DNA of 64,000 bases from Hyalangium minutum (GCF_000737315.1 NZ_JMCB01000031.1:1-64000); one strand, 5' to 3'. Shown: positions 16,892 to 26,707, counted from the first letter of the stretch. Notes: generated by a model not told the origin, from the sequence alone. Made by a program: numbers and translations.

Positions 16892-17311
16892 TCACGAGGT
16901 GCTCCGGGTAAGAGGGAGGGAGGGCAGGAGGGGGCCCGCGCCCACCACCGGCAGGCGCTTGGCGAGTTCGCGGGCGATGAAGAGCAGCGCCACGCACTGG
17001 CGGCGGGTGTGGCCCTCGGGGCTCTCCCACGGCAGATGCCCGTTGCCCTCGGCCACGGCCAGCCTGTCTCGAAGCCTCTGCCCCTCGGAGCTGTGGCCGC
17101 CCTCGGACAGGGCGAACTCCTCGAGCAGCTCGGCGCGCACGTCGAAGCGCACCGCGTCCAAGGCCTTGTCCACCTCCGCCCAGGCGGCCTTGGTGAGCCT
17201 CAGGTAGTGGAAGGCCACCTGCAGCGAGGGGTGGCCGTGGGCTACGTCCTCGGCGGCCTTGTCCAGGGCCCGGAGGACTTCCCAGCGCAGGGCGGGGCTC
17301 ACCGAGGGCAT
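16892..17311 (-). CDS. Hypothetical phage-type protein, 139 aa
   Basis: ATG with GGGAGG RBS, overlapping the upstream gene. Confidence 0.6.
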   Translation of the reverse strand: MPSVSPALRWEVLRALDKAAEDVAHGHPSLQVAFHYLRLTKAAWAEVDKALDAVRFDVRAELLEEFALSEGGHSSEGQRLRDRLAVAEGNGHLPWESPEGHTRRQCVALLFIARELAKRLPVVGAGPLLPSLPLTRSTS

Positions 17312-17793
17312 GGGCGCCTCCCGCTTGCCAGGATCCGGATGAGTGCCGCCTGGCGGCCCTCCTTCGCCCTCAACCACCGGTCCCGAAGTGGGCTTGAGGC
17401 CTCAGGCACTTCGAGCAGCAGCGCGCCGATCTCCTCGGCCTCCCACACACGCTCGGCCGGCGCGGTGGGCAACGTTGGCCTCGGATCCACAGGCTTGGGT
17501 GCTGCCAGGGCTGGTGCCTGCAGCTGTACGGGCCTCGCCTTGGGCGCTGGGCGTGGCGCGGTGGCCTTGCGCGGCACCGGAGGCGGCGCGGGCCTCTTCA
17601 GGTACGCCCCGCGCACCCCTTCACTCTTGGGCGCGGGAGGCAGCCTCCGGAGGGCTGCGGCATGTTCCTCCGGTACCTCTCGGGCCGCTTCGCTCCTGCT
17701 CACCGTGGGTGTGGAGGTGCCCAGCAGTTGAGCCAGTTGGCCCTGTGTGTAGCCGAGGGTCTTGCGCAGCTCGGCAGCTTCCGCCCCCGTCAT
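17299..17793 (-). CDS. XRE-family HTH protein with Pro-rich linker
   Basis: ELRKTLGYTQGQLAQLLGTSTPTVSRSE HTH; ATGA overlap. Confidence 0.8.
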   Translation of the reverse strand: MTGAEAAELRKTLGYTQGQLAQLLGTSTPTVSRSEAAREVPEEHAAALRRLPPAPKSEGVRGAYLKRPAPPPVPRKATAPRPAPKARPVQLQAPALAAPKPVDPRPTLPTAPAERVWEAEEIGALLLEVPEASSPLRDRWLRAKEGRQAALIRILASGRRPCPR

Positions 17794-18833
17794 GGCGCGG
17801 CCCTCCCAGCCTCGAATAGGTCCGCCTGCGCGGCCTTGAGGCAGTGTGGCGAGAGCCACACCCGCTCACGCTTCGAGTTCTCCTTGCTGCCACGCGCGGC
17901 CGCGTACCCGCCGGAGGCTTCCCAGGCCACGCATCGCCAGGTGGGCGGCATGGTGTGCTCACCCTCGTAGCCGCACAGGGCTATGCGCAGCTTCGGGTTG
18001 TCCCCGTTCGCCAGGGCCCATTCGCGCACCGCCCGAGAAACTTGCGCCGCCGCCTCGTTGTAGACGTCCTCTTCTTCGTCATACGGCGGGTCCAGCAGCA
18101 CGCCCGTCACGCCAAGCTGCACCGTCGCGGAAGGTGTCAGCACGCGGGCCCAGTCGCCGCAGTACACGCGCACCCTGCGGAGCCTCTCTCCGAGCGCGCG
18201 AAACCAGGCGCGTACTGCCTCCGGCCCCTCCGAGGCCCGCCGCCCGTGAATGCCACGCAGCCCGTTGCCCGGGTGGGCCCGGCCTTCCCACTCGGGGTTG
18301 GTGCACCAGCCGTCTCCGATCCACTGGGAGATTCCCCAGACCCACCGGCCCGCTACCTCGCAGTCGAAGAAGTTCGGGTCCGTCCGCATGCGCTCGCGAA
18401 AGTCTGGGCCCAGTGGCCGCCGCGTCTCGCTGAGGGCCTTGTCCAGAATGCTCGTGGCGAGTTCCATGCTCCCGGCACCCAGCGCGGCCCGAGCTTGGGC
18501 AGCAGCTGCGCGGAGCGCGGCCGCCTCGTCTGGCGGGCCGTGGGTGAGCCACTTGTGCCAGGCGTGCAGGTCCGCTTCGTTCACGGGCCAGTCCGCGTGC
18601 GCGGCCACTCCTTCCGGATCCACGGCCACGGCCCGCCAGAAGTTGGCCAGGTACGTGTCGATGTCGTTCACTGTTTCCACGCCCGGCAGGTGCGGCCGGG
18701 CCAGCAGAACCGCGAGGCTGCCGGCAAAGGGCTCCACGTAGTTGGGCACGTTGCCCAGCGCCTGCCAGATGATGCTGGCGGCGCGGGCCTTGCCCCCGAA
18801 CCACGGGAAGGGGGCACGAAGAATGGCCGTCAC
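17790..18833 (-). CDS. DNA adenine methyltransferase (Dam/D12-like), phage type, 347 aa
   Basis: PFPWFGGK, YVEPFAGS, ETVND and LLDPPY motifs. Confidence 0.9.
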   Translation of the reverse strand: MTAILRAPFPWFGGKARAASIIWQALGNVPNYVEPFAGSLAVLLARPHLPGVETVNDIDTYLANFWRAVAVDPEGVAAHADWPVNEADLHAWHKWLTHGPPDEAAALRAAAAQARAALGAGSMELATSILDKALSETRRPLGPDFRERMRTDPNFFDCEVAGRWVWGISQWIGDGWCTNPEWEGRAHPGNGLRGIHGRRASEGPEAVRAWFRALGERLRRVRVYCGDWARVLTPSATVQLGVTGVLLDPPYDEEEDVYNEAAAQVSRAVREWALANGDNPKLRIALCGYEGEHTMPPTWRCVAWEASGGYAAARGSKENSKRERVWLSPHCLKAAQADLFEAGRAAP

Positions 18834-19069
18834 TCGGTGCCTCCCTTCGTGTTGGGAGGCAGGCCGGACGCCTCTCGCGCCGCCTTCACCTTGTCCACGG
18901 TGCCCTTGAAGCCGGAGGCGCGCAGCACCCTGAGAATCTGGGTGTCCGTGAGGCCCGCCCGGCACTGGCGCGCCACGGCCTTGCGGAACTCCTCCTCCGC
19001 CTGGGTGCGCAGCTGCGCGTTCTGCGCGTACGCCTGCTCCAGGGCCTTGCCACCCTCGTGCGCGCTCAC
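18830..19069 (-). CDS. Small hypothetical protein, 79 aa
   Basis: GTG with GGAGG RBS; GTGA overlaps on both sides. Confidence 0.55.
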   Translation of the reverse strand: MSAHEGGKALEQAYAQNAQLRTQAEEEFRKAVARQCRAGLTDTQILRVLRASGFKGTVDKVKAAREASGLPPNTKGGTE

Positions 19070-19899
19070 GGCAGCACCTCCGGCGCATTCACCGCAGAGG
19101 CCGCGCAGCACTCGCGCGGCCCGGCGGGCTGCCACTGGCAGTCAGCCAGGTACCGCCTGCCATGCACGCACACAGGCCAGCCTGGAATGTCGTCACGCAT
19201 GAGGCGCGGCGCGTGGGGCCCGCTGCCTCCGGGCCTGGAGAGGCCGCACTTCTCGCAGAACCGTTGGGGCTCGCTGCGGCGCACGTGCACGGTGCCCGTG
19301 GACACGGCTCCACCTGCGCCCCGAGCACTCCCCTTGGCCCATGCGCGGTGGCTCGGGCGCGTGGCTGCTACCGCCTCGGCCAGGGCCCTCTGGTGGCCCG
19401 TGGGCGGGCCCTCGGTGGGGCTCGCCTCGCGCAGTGCGGCCGAGAGGTGCTCGGCTTCGAGCACCTGCCTGCGCACCTCCTCCAGTCGCCCGGGAGTGAG
19501 GTTCCACAGGCCCAGCGCGCCCTTGCTCTGCACAGGCCGCGCAAGGCGCACCGTGCCTTCAAGCACCCAGTGCACCTGTCCTGGCACCGCCCAGCGAGAG
19601 GGGCTGTTGTGCACAGCACGGGCGAGCACAGCCACGGCCACCACGGCGCCCTTCACGCACGTGCGCGGTCCCGGCACGCGCAGCCCGAGCACATCCACAA
19701 TCGAGTAGGCGCCCTGGGTGTCGTAGTCCTGGCCCGCGTGAATGGCGAGCAGCTTCCCCACGGCGTGCGCAGGTGGCTCCCAACCACGGTTCTCCACGTC
19801 CTTGCCGAGTTCAGCCACGGCACTTGCCCATGGCTGCTTCAGCGTCAGGGCCTGGAGCACCGTGGCAGACCGGAGCAGGTCCACCACGGTGGGCCTCAT
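19066..19899 (-). CDS. ASCH-domain protein with C-terminal Cys/His cluster
   Basis: ALTLKQPWA...GKDVENR...LLAIHAG...KGALGLW; CEKC...CVH...C tail. Confidence 0.8.
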   Translation of the reverse strand: MRPTVVDLLRSATVLQALTLKQPWASAVAELGKDVENRGWEPPAHAVGKLLAIHAGQDYDTQGAYSIVDVLGLRVPGPRTCVKGAVVAVAVLARAVHNSPSRWAVPGQVHWVLEGTVRLARPVQSKGALGLWNLTPGRLEEVRRQVLEAEHLSAALREASPTEGPPTGHQRALAEAVAATRPSHRAWAKGSARGAGGAVSTGTVHVRRSEPQRFCEKCGLSRPGGSGPHAPRLMRDDIPGWPVCVHGRRYLADCQWQPAGPRECCAASAVNAPEVLP

Positions 19900-20900
19900 G
19901 GGGTGTCTCCCCGCGCAGCCTCCGCCTTGGCCCGCCGGAGCTGCTCCGCTGCGAGCTCGCCCCGGTACCAGCGCAGGCGGGTGCACACCGCCTTGAGGGA
20001 GTCCTTGCGGCGCACCGCGCAGGCGTGCTGGTGCAGCGCCAGGGCCAGCGCGCGCAGGAAGAGGGCGCGCCATTGGTCTCTGGCAGCGGTGCGCGCCTGG
20101 GCTATGTCCTTCCAGGCGTCGCGGGTGCTGGTCATCAACTCCAAGTCCCAGCCCAGCGCCTCGAGCTGCGCGCCCAGGTTGCCCATGGCCTCTCCGGCCT
20201 TGTCCCTGCGCAGCTCCGCGTCGTAGGCGCGCTGTTGGGCCTCTCCGAGGGCCACCAGCAGCCCGGCGTTCTGGGCCTCCAGCTGCGCGGCCTTCATGCG
20301 CAGGGCGGGCACCGCCAGCGCCAGGCACGTGTCACAGGCTTCCGCCCCTGCGCGGGCTTGGGGCAAGCGCCCCTGGCACTTCGGGCAGCGAGGCGCGCGC
20401 CGCCAGCCCTCCCAGCGGCGAGCCAGGCCGGCACGGGCGCGACGGTAGCCGTGGCAGATCCACCCCCACGCGGCAGCGGCTCGGGCCCTGCGCGCCCACG
20501 CCAGGGCCCGCTGGCTGGCCTCCTGTACGCTGTGGGCGAGCACGGCGGCCTCGTGCAGGGTGAGGCCCAGAAGCAGCGCCACGGCCCGCCAGAGGCCCTC
20601 GGAGCGGCTCTCCGCCGTGCCATGAGGGGCAGGGGTGGCCGTCCCGAGCCCTCCCGCCGTGCTGCCGGTGCTCAGGAGTGCCCTGTCCCTCTCTTCGCGG
20701 GCAGCGTCCCGCTCATGCAGGTACCGCTCGGCACTCCGGGCCTCGCGATCCACGGCCCTGCGCAGCGCCACCCCCTCGCGCATGGCCAGCCGCAGTTCCC
20801 TCGCCATGCGCGCAAGGCCTTCGTTGAGCCGGAAGGCCGCGCCCAGCTCCTGGTGGGTGACAGCGAGCCCTTGCAGCTCCTCCAGCTCGTCATCCGTCAC
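19896..20900 (-). CDS. Coiled-coil hypothetical protein with CxxC-x13-CxxC zinc ribbon; start uncertain (frame open further upstream)
   Basis: RCPKCQG...ACDTC; heptad-rich; ATGA overlap with the ASCH gene. Confidence 0.55.
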   Translation of the reverse strand: MTDDELEELQGLAVTHQELGAAFRLNEGLARMARELRLAMREGVALRRAVDREARSAERYLHERDAAREERDRALLSTGSTAGGLGTATPAPHGTAESRSEGLWRAVALLLGLTLHEAAVLAHSVQEASQRALAWARRARAAAAWGWICHGYRRARAGLARRWEGWRRAPRCPKCQGRLPQARAGAEACDTCLALAVPALRMKAAQLEAQNAGLLVALGEAQQRAYDAELRRDKAGEAMGNLGAQLEALGWDLELMTSTRDAWKDIAQARTAARDQWRALFLRALALALHQHACAVRRKDSLKAVCTRLRWYRGELAAEQLRRAKAEAARGDTP

Positions 20901-21166
20901 GCCCGCGGTAGCACCCTCCGCCTTGGTGCTCGGAGGTTCCACCGCAGGTGCCAAGGCCGCCTCGGTGGCCCCTCCGCCGTCCCCGGTGAGGCTGGGGACG
21001 GCTCCGGGAACCGCAGACGGCACCACACCCTCCGGCAGCCCCTCTCCCCGGCAGTAGCAGCAGTCCGGGCCGCACAACGAGCTACTGCCACCAGCCGAAT
21101 CCGCGCCATTTAGGGGATTTGAAGAATCTTGCCCCCGCGCACCCCCTCCAGGGTCCTCCTGCCCTC

Positions 21167-21934
21167 CTACAGAAGGCCCCTCTGGAACCTCCCGTTTAGG
21201 GATATTTGAGCTTCCAGGGTGAGCACAGACTTCCGCAGACTGCTGCGATCTGCATGAAGGACGATGTCCGGCTTGATGGTGCGCCACAGTTCGCCCGTAC
21301 AGTCCTGGGCGATCAGACGCGCCTCCTCCTCCCTGCTCACCGTCTCCAGCACCTTCGCGTTGGGGTAGTAGCGGTAGCGCTGCTCGATGCTGAACGGCGC
21401 GGGCCAGAGCTGCTCCAGGACTTCTTGAGCACACTGGAGGGCGACCGCATGCTTCTGCTGCCCCAGCAACATGGCCCGGGTGATGGGTCTGCCACAGCCA
21501 TCCACCTCCACCTCCTCACCGCACTCCTCTCGAGTCGGGGCCCGGTTGCCAAAGTACCGGGCGTTCACCTGCCGCTCCGCCAGCCGTGCGCACTCCGCCA
21601 GTTGCTCCTCGAGTTCTCCCACCGCGTTGTCGCTCTCCAGCACCATGAGCAGCATCGGCACCCATTCGGCCAGCTGCGAAGCCACCACCCGACTGGCGGC
21701 AGGGGCAAGGCTACCCGCCGCTCCACTTGCGGTGGCCGCATGGCGGACGCTGCTCGCGGTTTCTGTGTCGAGGCGCAGTTCCCTGCGGGTCGAGGACCGA
21801 GGGCTGCTGGCACAAGCTGCTAGCAGGGAGCTGGCAAGAAGCAGGCACGCAAGTTTTCGGAGCACTCTTCGACCTAATAGAATGGTCGAGCGCTCCCGCC
21901 CCCACCGCTTCATGACGTGCTTCATCAAGCTCAT
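21167..21934 (-). pseudogene. Myxobacterial lipoprotein with putative PD-(D/E)XK nuclease tail, disrupted at the 3' end
   Basis: LLAAC lipobox; TRAMLLGQQKHAVALQCA...IKPDIVLH; after SVLTLE a one-base shift gives LELKYP then TAA. Confidence 0.55.
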
Positions 21935-22139
21935 GTCGTACCACCGGCTCCCTCATGTTGAGGGCGAGTTCCAAGTTGCCGTCGACGCGGTGCGTTGCGC
22001 GCTCACCCAGCAGTATCTCCGAGACCCGCACTTGGGCGGCCCTGGCGTCTTCCGCCAGGAATTTGGCGCGTCCGGCCAGGAAATCCTCGCCGAATTCTCC
22101 TACCTTCCCCATACCGACTTCCCCACGAGGACCCGTCCC

Positions 22140-22628
22140 ATGCTCAACCCCCGCCTGCAGGCCCTCTTCGACGACTACTTCTCCTCTCACCAGCACCCCA
22201 TCAACCGGCTGACCCACAAGGTCGCCATCCCCGTCATCGTCCTGCACATCGTCGCCATGCTGGACTGGGTCAAGCTCTTCAGCTTCCCCGGGCTCCCCGG
22301 CGGCGACCTTACCCTCGGCATCGTCGCGTGGCTGCTCGCCACCCTCTGGTACCTGCGCGCCGATGTGAAGCTGGGCCTCATCGTCTCCGTCGCCATGGCC
22401 CTGTGCTTCCCCCTCGGCCGCATGATGCCTGTCTGGTCCGTGGTCGCCATCGCCGTGGGCGGCTGGCTCATCCAGCTCGCTGGCCACGCCGTCTGGGAGA
22501 AGAAGTCGCCTTCCTTCCTCACCAACATGGTCCACGCCCTCATCGGGCCCATGTTCTTCGTCGCCCTCATCACCGGCGACTACGCCATCAAGTCCCAGCC
22601 GATGGACGCCTCCGCCTCGCGGGCCTGA
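22140..22628 (+). CDS. Mpo1/DUF962-like membrane protein
   Basis: DYFSSHQHPINRLTHKVAIP...QLAGHAVWEKKSP. Confidence 0.9.
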   Translation: MLNPRLQALFDDYFSSHQHPINRLTHKVAIPVIVLHIVAMLDWVKLFSFPGLPGGDLTLGIVAWLLATLWYLRADVKLGLIVSVAMALCFPLGRMMPVWSVVAIAVGGWLIQLAGHAVWEKKSPSFLTNMVHALIGPMFFVALITGDYAIKSQPMDASASRA

Positions 22629-22631
22629 GCC

Positions 22632-23183
22632 ATGCGCTTCGCTCAGAAGATGCGCTCCTGGATGCCCCTCCATGAGAACGGCGTCTGCCGCGCCGTGCAC
22701 CTGCTCGGGGGCTACCTCTTCGTCTTCTCCCTCCTCGTCCCCCTGTTCTGGCTCCGCACCGAGGTAGGGGGCGTCTCGCTCACGGGCGCGCATGCACTGC
22801 TGGCCGCTGTCGCCATCGGCTCCGTGTCCCTGGAGTGGACCGCCGGGCTGATCGCCTCGCTGCTCCTGGTGCCCACGTTCGCCACCGCCGAGGCCGTCTC
22901 CCGCCTGCCCACGGGCACCGCCGCCGGCATCGCGTTCGGCGTCATGGCCTTCCGCTTCGCCATCGTCGTCGGCAGTCACGTGCTCTTCGAGAAGAAGACC
23001 CACGGCCTGTCACTCGGCGGCCCCGCCCTCTTCTTCCTGGAGCCCGTCTACCTGTTCACCCTCGGGCTGTTCGCGCTCGGCCTCAAGGGCGAGCTGCTGG
23101 CTGCGGTGGGCGCCGCTCAGGAGCCCGTCCTCTCCTCGGGGAAGACCGTGCCCGCCCCAGGCGCACGTCCCTTCAGCGAGTAG
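22632..23183 (+). CDS. Second, divergent Mpo1/DUF962-like membrane protein
   Basis: PLHENGVCRAVHLLG...VGSHVLFEKK His pattern. Confidence 0.75.
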   Translation: MRFAQKMRSWMPLHENGVCRAVHLLGGYLFVFSLLVPLFWLRTEVGGVSLTGAHALLAAVAIGSVSLEWTAGLIASLLLVPTFATAEAVSRLPTGTAAGIAFGVMAFRFAIVVGSHVLFEKKTHGLSLGGPALFFLEPVYLFTLGLFALGLKGELLAAVGAAQEPVLSSGKTVPAPGARPFSE

Positions 23184-24451
23184 AGCACCACCGACTCCTT
23201 CCGCCCCTTCACCTCTTCCTCGCCCACGAGCTCGCCCTGGAAGCCCGCGCCCGCGCGCTTCCAGGTGCTCGCGCTCACGAGGATGTCCACCCCCACCGCC
23301 TTCGTCAGTCCCTCGATGCGCGAGGCCACGTTCACCGCGTCACCGATGATGGTGTACTCGTGCTGCTGCGTGCCGCCGAGCATCCCCGCCGCCACCACCC
23401 CCGTGTGCAGCCCGATGCCGATGCGCAGCGGCGGCTGCCCGTGCTTCTCGCGCCACGCGTTGAGCTCCACCAGCTTCGTGCGCATGTCCAGCGCCGCTCG
23501 CATGGCCTGCTCGGCATGATCCTCGCTGTGGTCCGGCACGCCCCAGCACGCCAACATCCCATCCCCCAGGAACTTGTTCACCATCCCCTCGCGCGCCATC
23601 ACGATCTGCGTCATGTGCCCGAAGTAGTCGTCCAGCAGCGCCAGCACCTGCTGCGGCGGCAGCGTCTCGCTCAGCGAGGTGAAGCCTCGAATGTCGCTGA
23701 AGAGGATGGTCACCTCGCGCTGCACCGGGAGCAGCGCCGTCTCGCCCGACTCCATGACGCGGTTCACCACCTGGCGCGGCAGAAAGCGCGAGAGGTTCTC
23801 GCGCTGGCGCAGGTTGAGGAACATGAAGCGCACCGCGTGGTTGGTCCACCCCAGCATCATCCCCAGCGAGAGGAAGCACCCCACCACGAAGCACGACTGC
23901 ATCCAGCTGAAGCTCCCTCTCAGCCAGCTCAGGAAGACATAGCCACCCGCCGTGAGCACCGTGGAGAACACCACGTGCAGCACGCTGTAGCGCACCACCG
24001 AGAAGGACAGCACCGCCGCCGCCCCTGCCGCGTACATGCCCTCCGTGAAGCGCCCCTCCAGCACGTAGGTCCGCCACCCCATCGTCACCAGGAAAGCGAC
24101 ATCGATGATCGTCGTGGGGATGGGCATCCACCGCGAGCGGTGCACGTCGGGCTTCTCCCGCAGCCAGAGGATGGCAGTCGTCACGAGGACGAAGACCAGG
24201 TAGCCCAGGATCGTCCCCCGGCGCACCCCGTCCTGCAGGACATGTTCGCCTCGCAGCTCGCGAATGCCGCCCTGGCTCAGACCCATCAGCAGGAAGAGCA
24301 GCAGGCGCACCAAGGCAACCGCCCGCTCTCCCTTCAGCGCGCCCTCGGCCAGCACCTGCGCCTGGTTGGCGCGCGCCAGCTCGAAGCGGGCCACCGTCGT
24401 CCCCGTGCCGGGCTTGCGCTTCCTCCATCTATCGATGCTGACAATGGCCAC
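23117..24451 (-). CDS. Membrane-bound class III adenylate/guanylate cyclase
   Basis: TILFSDIRGFT, KFLGDG, YTIIGDAVNVASRIEG; multiple TM helices. Confidence 0.92.
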   Translation of the reverse strand: MAIVSIDRWRKRKPGTGTTVARFELARANQAQVLAEGALKGERAVALVRLLLFLLMGLSQGGIRELRGEHVLQDGVRRGTILGYLVFVLVTTAILWLREKPDVHRSRWMPIPTTIIDVAFLVTMGWRTYVLEGRFTEGMYAAGAAAVLSFSVVRYSVLHVVFSTVLTAGGYVFLSWLRGSFSWMQSCFVVGCFLSLGMMLGWTNHAVRFMFLNLRQRENLSRFLPRQVVNRVMESGETALLPVQREVTILFSDIRGFTSLSETLPPQQVLALLDDYFGHMTQIVMAREGMVNKFLGDGMLACWGVPDHSEDHAEQAMRAALDMRTKLVELNAWREKHGQPPLRIGIGLHTGVVAAGMLGGTQQHEYTIIGDAVNVASRIEGLTKAVGVDILVSASTWKRAGAGFQGELVGEEEVKGRKESVVLYSLKGRAPGAGTVFPEERTGS

Positions 24452-24469
24452 GACGTGCCCTCAAGGAAC

Positions 24470-25477
24470 TCAGTGGAACCGCAGCTCGCCCGCCACCCGC
24501 AGCGAACCCATGACTTCGCCGCGCGTGTTGCGCAGCACCGGCTCCTCGTGGTGCGTCAGCCCTTCTAGCGGCAACGTCAGCCCCGTCTCTGCACCGCGCT
24601 TCGCGGCCACCTGCCGCAGCACCGCCAGCAGCGCGGGCGGCGAGCACCGCCCGTCCCCATCCTCCACCTTGAGTGCCACGCCCAGCCCCAGCGCAGGGAG
24701 GGCCGCGCAGTAGACGCCCTCGGCCCCCACCTTCGCCAGCACCGTGCCCCGGCACGCCGCCATCAGCTCCGTGCACAGCCGCCCCGTGCCCGCCACCAGC
24801 TCCGGGTGAGCCCACATCGCCTCGCGCACCCGCCGCGCACCCGCCTCCTCCGAAGTGCCCAGCCGCGCGTAGGCCGTGGCCATGGCGCTCAGCGGCAGGG
24901 CGAAGCACACCGCCGTGCACCCATCCACGCCCAGGTGCAGCCCCTCGGGCCCCAGCCCTGTCCACCGGCGCACCTCCGCGAGCAGGCGCTCCTGCACCGG
25001 GTGGCCCAAGCGCTCGTAGCCCTGCGTGGGCCAGCCGTGGTGCCTCGCCAGCGCGAGCATCCCCGAGTGCTTCCCCGAGCAGTTGCTCCACTTGGGCGTC
25101 AGCTTCACTCCCGTGCGCGCTGCCTCCTCGGCCACCGCCGCGCTGAGCGGTGGGTGCGGCCCACATGCCAGCTGAGACTCCTCGCAGCCGCAGGCGCGCA
25201 GCATGGCCTCGGCCAGCTCGCGGTGGACGGGCTCGCTCGAGTGCGAGGCGCACGCCAGCGCCAGCTCCCGCGTCCCAAAGCCCCAGCGGTCCGCCGCCCC
25301 ATCCATCACCAGCGGCAGCGCCTGGAAGGGCTTCGCCGACGAGCGCCAGTACGTCATCCGCTCGGAGTCCCCCGCCGAAGCCACGGCCCGGCCAGACACG
25401 TCGGTGACAACCACCGAGACCCGGTGGACGGATTCGGCGATGCCAGAGCGGGTGGACTCGATGGAGAGCGAGGACAT
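24470..25477 (-). CDS. ansA: L-asparaginase II (Rhizobium-type)
   Basis: RSSAKPFQAL, NCSGKH, GVDGC, AKVGAEG, KVEDG motifs. Confidence 0.88.
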   Translation of the reverse strand: MSSLSIESTRSGIAESVHRVSVVVTDVSGRAVASAGDSERMTYWRSSAKPFQALPLVMDGAADRWGFGTRELALACASHSSEPVHRELAEAMLRACGCEESQLACGPHPPLSAAVAEEAARTGVKLTPKWSNCSGKHSGMLALARHHGWPTQGYERLGHPVQERLLAEVRRWTGLGPEGLHLGVDGCTAVCFALPLSAMATAYARLGTSEEAGARRVREAMWAHPELVAGTGRLCTELMAACRGTVLAKVGAEGVYCAALPALGLGVALKVEDGDGRCSPPALLAVLRQVAAKRGAETGLTLPLEGLTHHEEPVLRNTRGEVMGSLRVAGELRFH

Positions 25478-25589
25478 GGACCGCACGGCCTTAGCACACA
25501 AGGATGCGTGGAGCAGACGCTGGTGGGAGCGCTGGCTTCCTGCTGAACTCGGGCCCTCACCTGCCTGCCGTCCCCGAAGGGAACTTCCC

Positions 25590-26324
25590 GTGGTCCGCCT
25601 CTTCGTCCCAGTCCCCGCGCCTGCTCCCGCCGAGGTGGTGCTCACGGGCGATCGCCGCCACTACCTGCTCCACGTCCTCCGGCTCGCCGAGGGCGCCGAG
25701 CTGGAGGTGTTCGACGGCACGGGCCGCTCCTTCGACGCGCGCGTCACCCGCGTGGAGGCCGAGGAAGTCCACCTCGCGCTGGGGCCCGTGCGCACCGCGC
25801 CTCCCCGCCGTCCCGTGAGCGTGCTGCAGGGGCTGCCCAAGGGCGACAAGCTCGAGCTCGTCCTCCAGAAGGGCACCGAGCTGGGCGCGGCCGCCTTCTA
25901 CCCCGTGGCCACCGAGCGCAGCGTGGTGAAGCTGGAGCCCAAGCGCGCCGAGGAGCGCACCGCGCGGTGGACCAAGATTGTCGAGGAGGCCGCGCGCCAG
26001 TGCCGGCGCAGCGACGTGCCCCGCGTTCACACCCCCCAGCCGCTGCTGGAGGCCGCGCGTGCGCTCGCGCCCAGCACCGCGCTGCTGGTGCTGGACGAAG
26101 AGGAGAACGCCGTCCCCCTGGGTGAAGCCTTCCGCGCCTGCGCTCCCGGAGCACCCGTGGCGCTGGTGGTGGGGCCCGAGGGAGGACTCGCGCGCGAAGA
26201 GGTGGCCGCGCTCGTCGCACTGGGTGCACGCGGTGTCACCCTGGGCTCCCTCATCCTCCGCACGGAAACCGCGGCGCTGGCGGCGCTCGCCGTGATGGCC
26301 CACCTCGATGGAGAGCTCGGATAG
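25590..26324 (+). CDS. rsmE: 16S rRNA m3U1498 methyltransferase
   Basis: HYLLHVLRL, QKGTELG, EEAARQCRR, VGPEGG, LGSLILRTETA. Confidence 0.95.
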   Translation: MVRLFVPVPAPAPAEVVLTGDRRHYLLHVLRLAEGAELEVFDGTGRSFDARVTRVEAEEVHLALGPVRTAPPRRPVSVLQGLPKGDKLELVLQKGTELGAAAFYPVATERSVVKLEPKRAEERTARWTKIVEEAARQCRRSDVPRVHTPQPLLEAARALAPSTALLVLDEEENAVPLGEAFRACAPGAPVALVVGPEGGLAREEVAALVALGARGVTLGSLILRTETAALAALAVMAHLDGELG

Positions 26325-26436
26325 CAGCCAGGGAAGCAAGCGCCCTGCTCGTACCCAACTGCCGCTCCCTCGTCGCCATTCCTACTTTTCCTGCGTCCGG
26401 GGCCACACACGGCCCCCGCGCAAGGAGAAACTCTTC

Positions 26437-26703
26437 ATGGGTATCATTGCCTTCATCATCATCGGTCTCATCGCCGGTCTCATCGCTCGCGCCATCCTGC
26501 CGGGCCGTCAGAGCATGGGGCTCCTGGCGACGACGCTGCTGGGTATGGTCGGCTCGCTCGTGGGTGGCCTCATCGGATCTCTCTTCGTGCGCGATGGGCG
26601 CCTTTTCGACCTGCACCCGTCGGGCCTGCTGATGTCCGTGGCCGGCGCCATCGTCGTGCTCCTCCTGGTGGGAGCCACCGGCCGGCGCCGCATCCATGCC
26701 TGA
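26437..26703 (+). CDS. GlsB/YeaQ/YmgE transglycosylase-associated membrane protein
   Basis: IIIGLIAGLIARAILPG...LLGMVGSLVGG...SVAGAIVVL; AAGGAG RBS. Confidence 0.9.
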   Translation: MGIIAFIIIGLIAGLIARAILPGRQSMGLLATTLLGMVGSLVGGLIGSLFVRDGRLFDLHPSGLLMSVAGAIVVLLLVGATGRRRIHA

Positions 26704-26707
26704 GTGA

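Larger units (their letters stand above)
100..21210. mobile_element. Degraded phage-like/integrative accessory island; no capsid, terminase or tail genes seen; boundaries approximate
   Basis: Tyrosine and serine recombinases, Xis-like HTHs, Dam-like MTase, ASCH and HJ-resolvase-like genes, mostly on the minus strand with ATGA/GTGA overlaps; truncated genes at both ends; lower-GC cargo inside; no att duplication found. Confidence 0.8.

Noticed and set aside
16410-18833. Restriction-modification pair (MTase plus PD-(D/E)XK nuclease)
   Set aside because: The nuclease is small, non-adjacent and matches phage junction-resolvase patterns; an orphan phage MTase is the simpler reading
100-21210. Complete prophage with attL/attR
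   Set aside because: No terminase, capsid, tail or lysis genes; no terminal direct repeat or tRNA fragment found by eye
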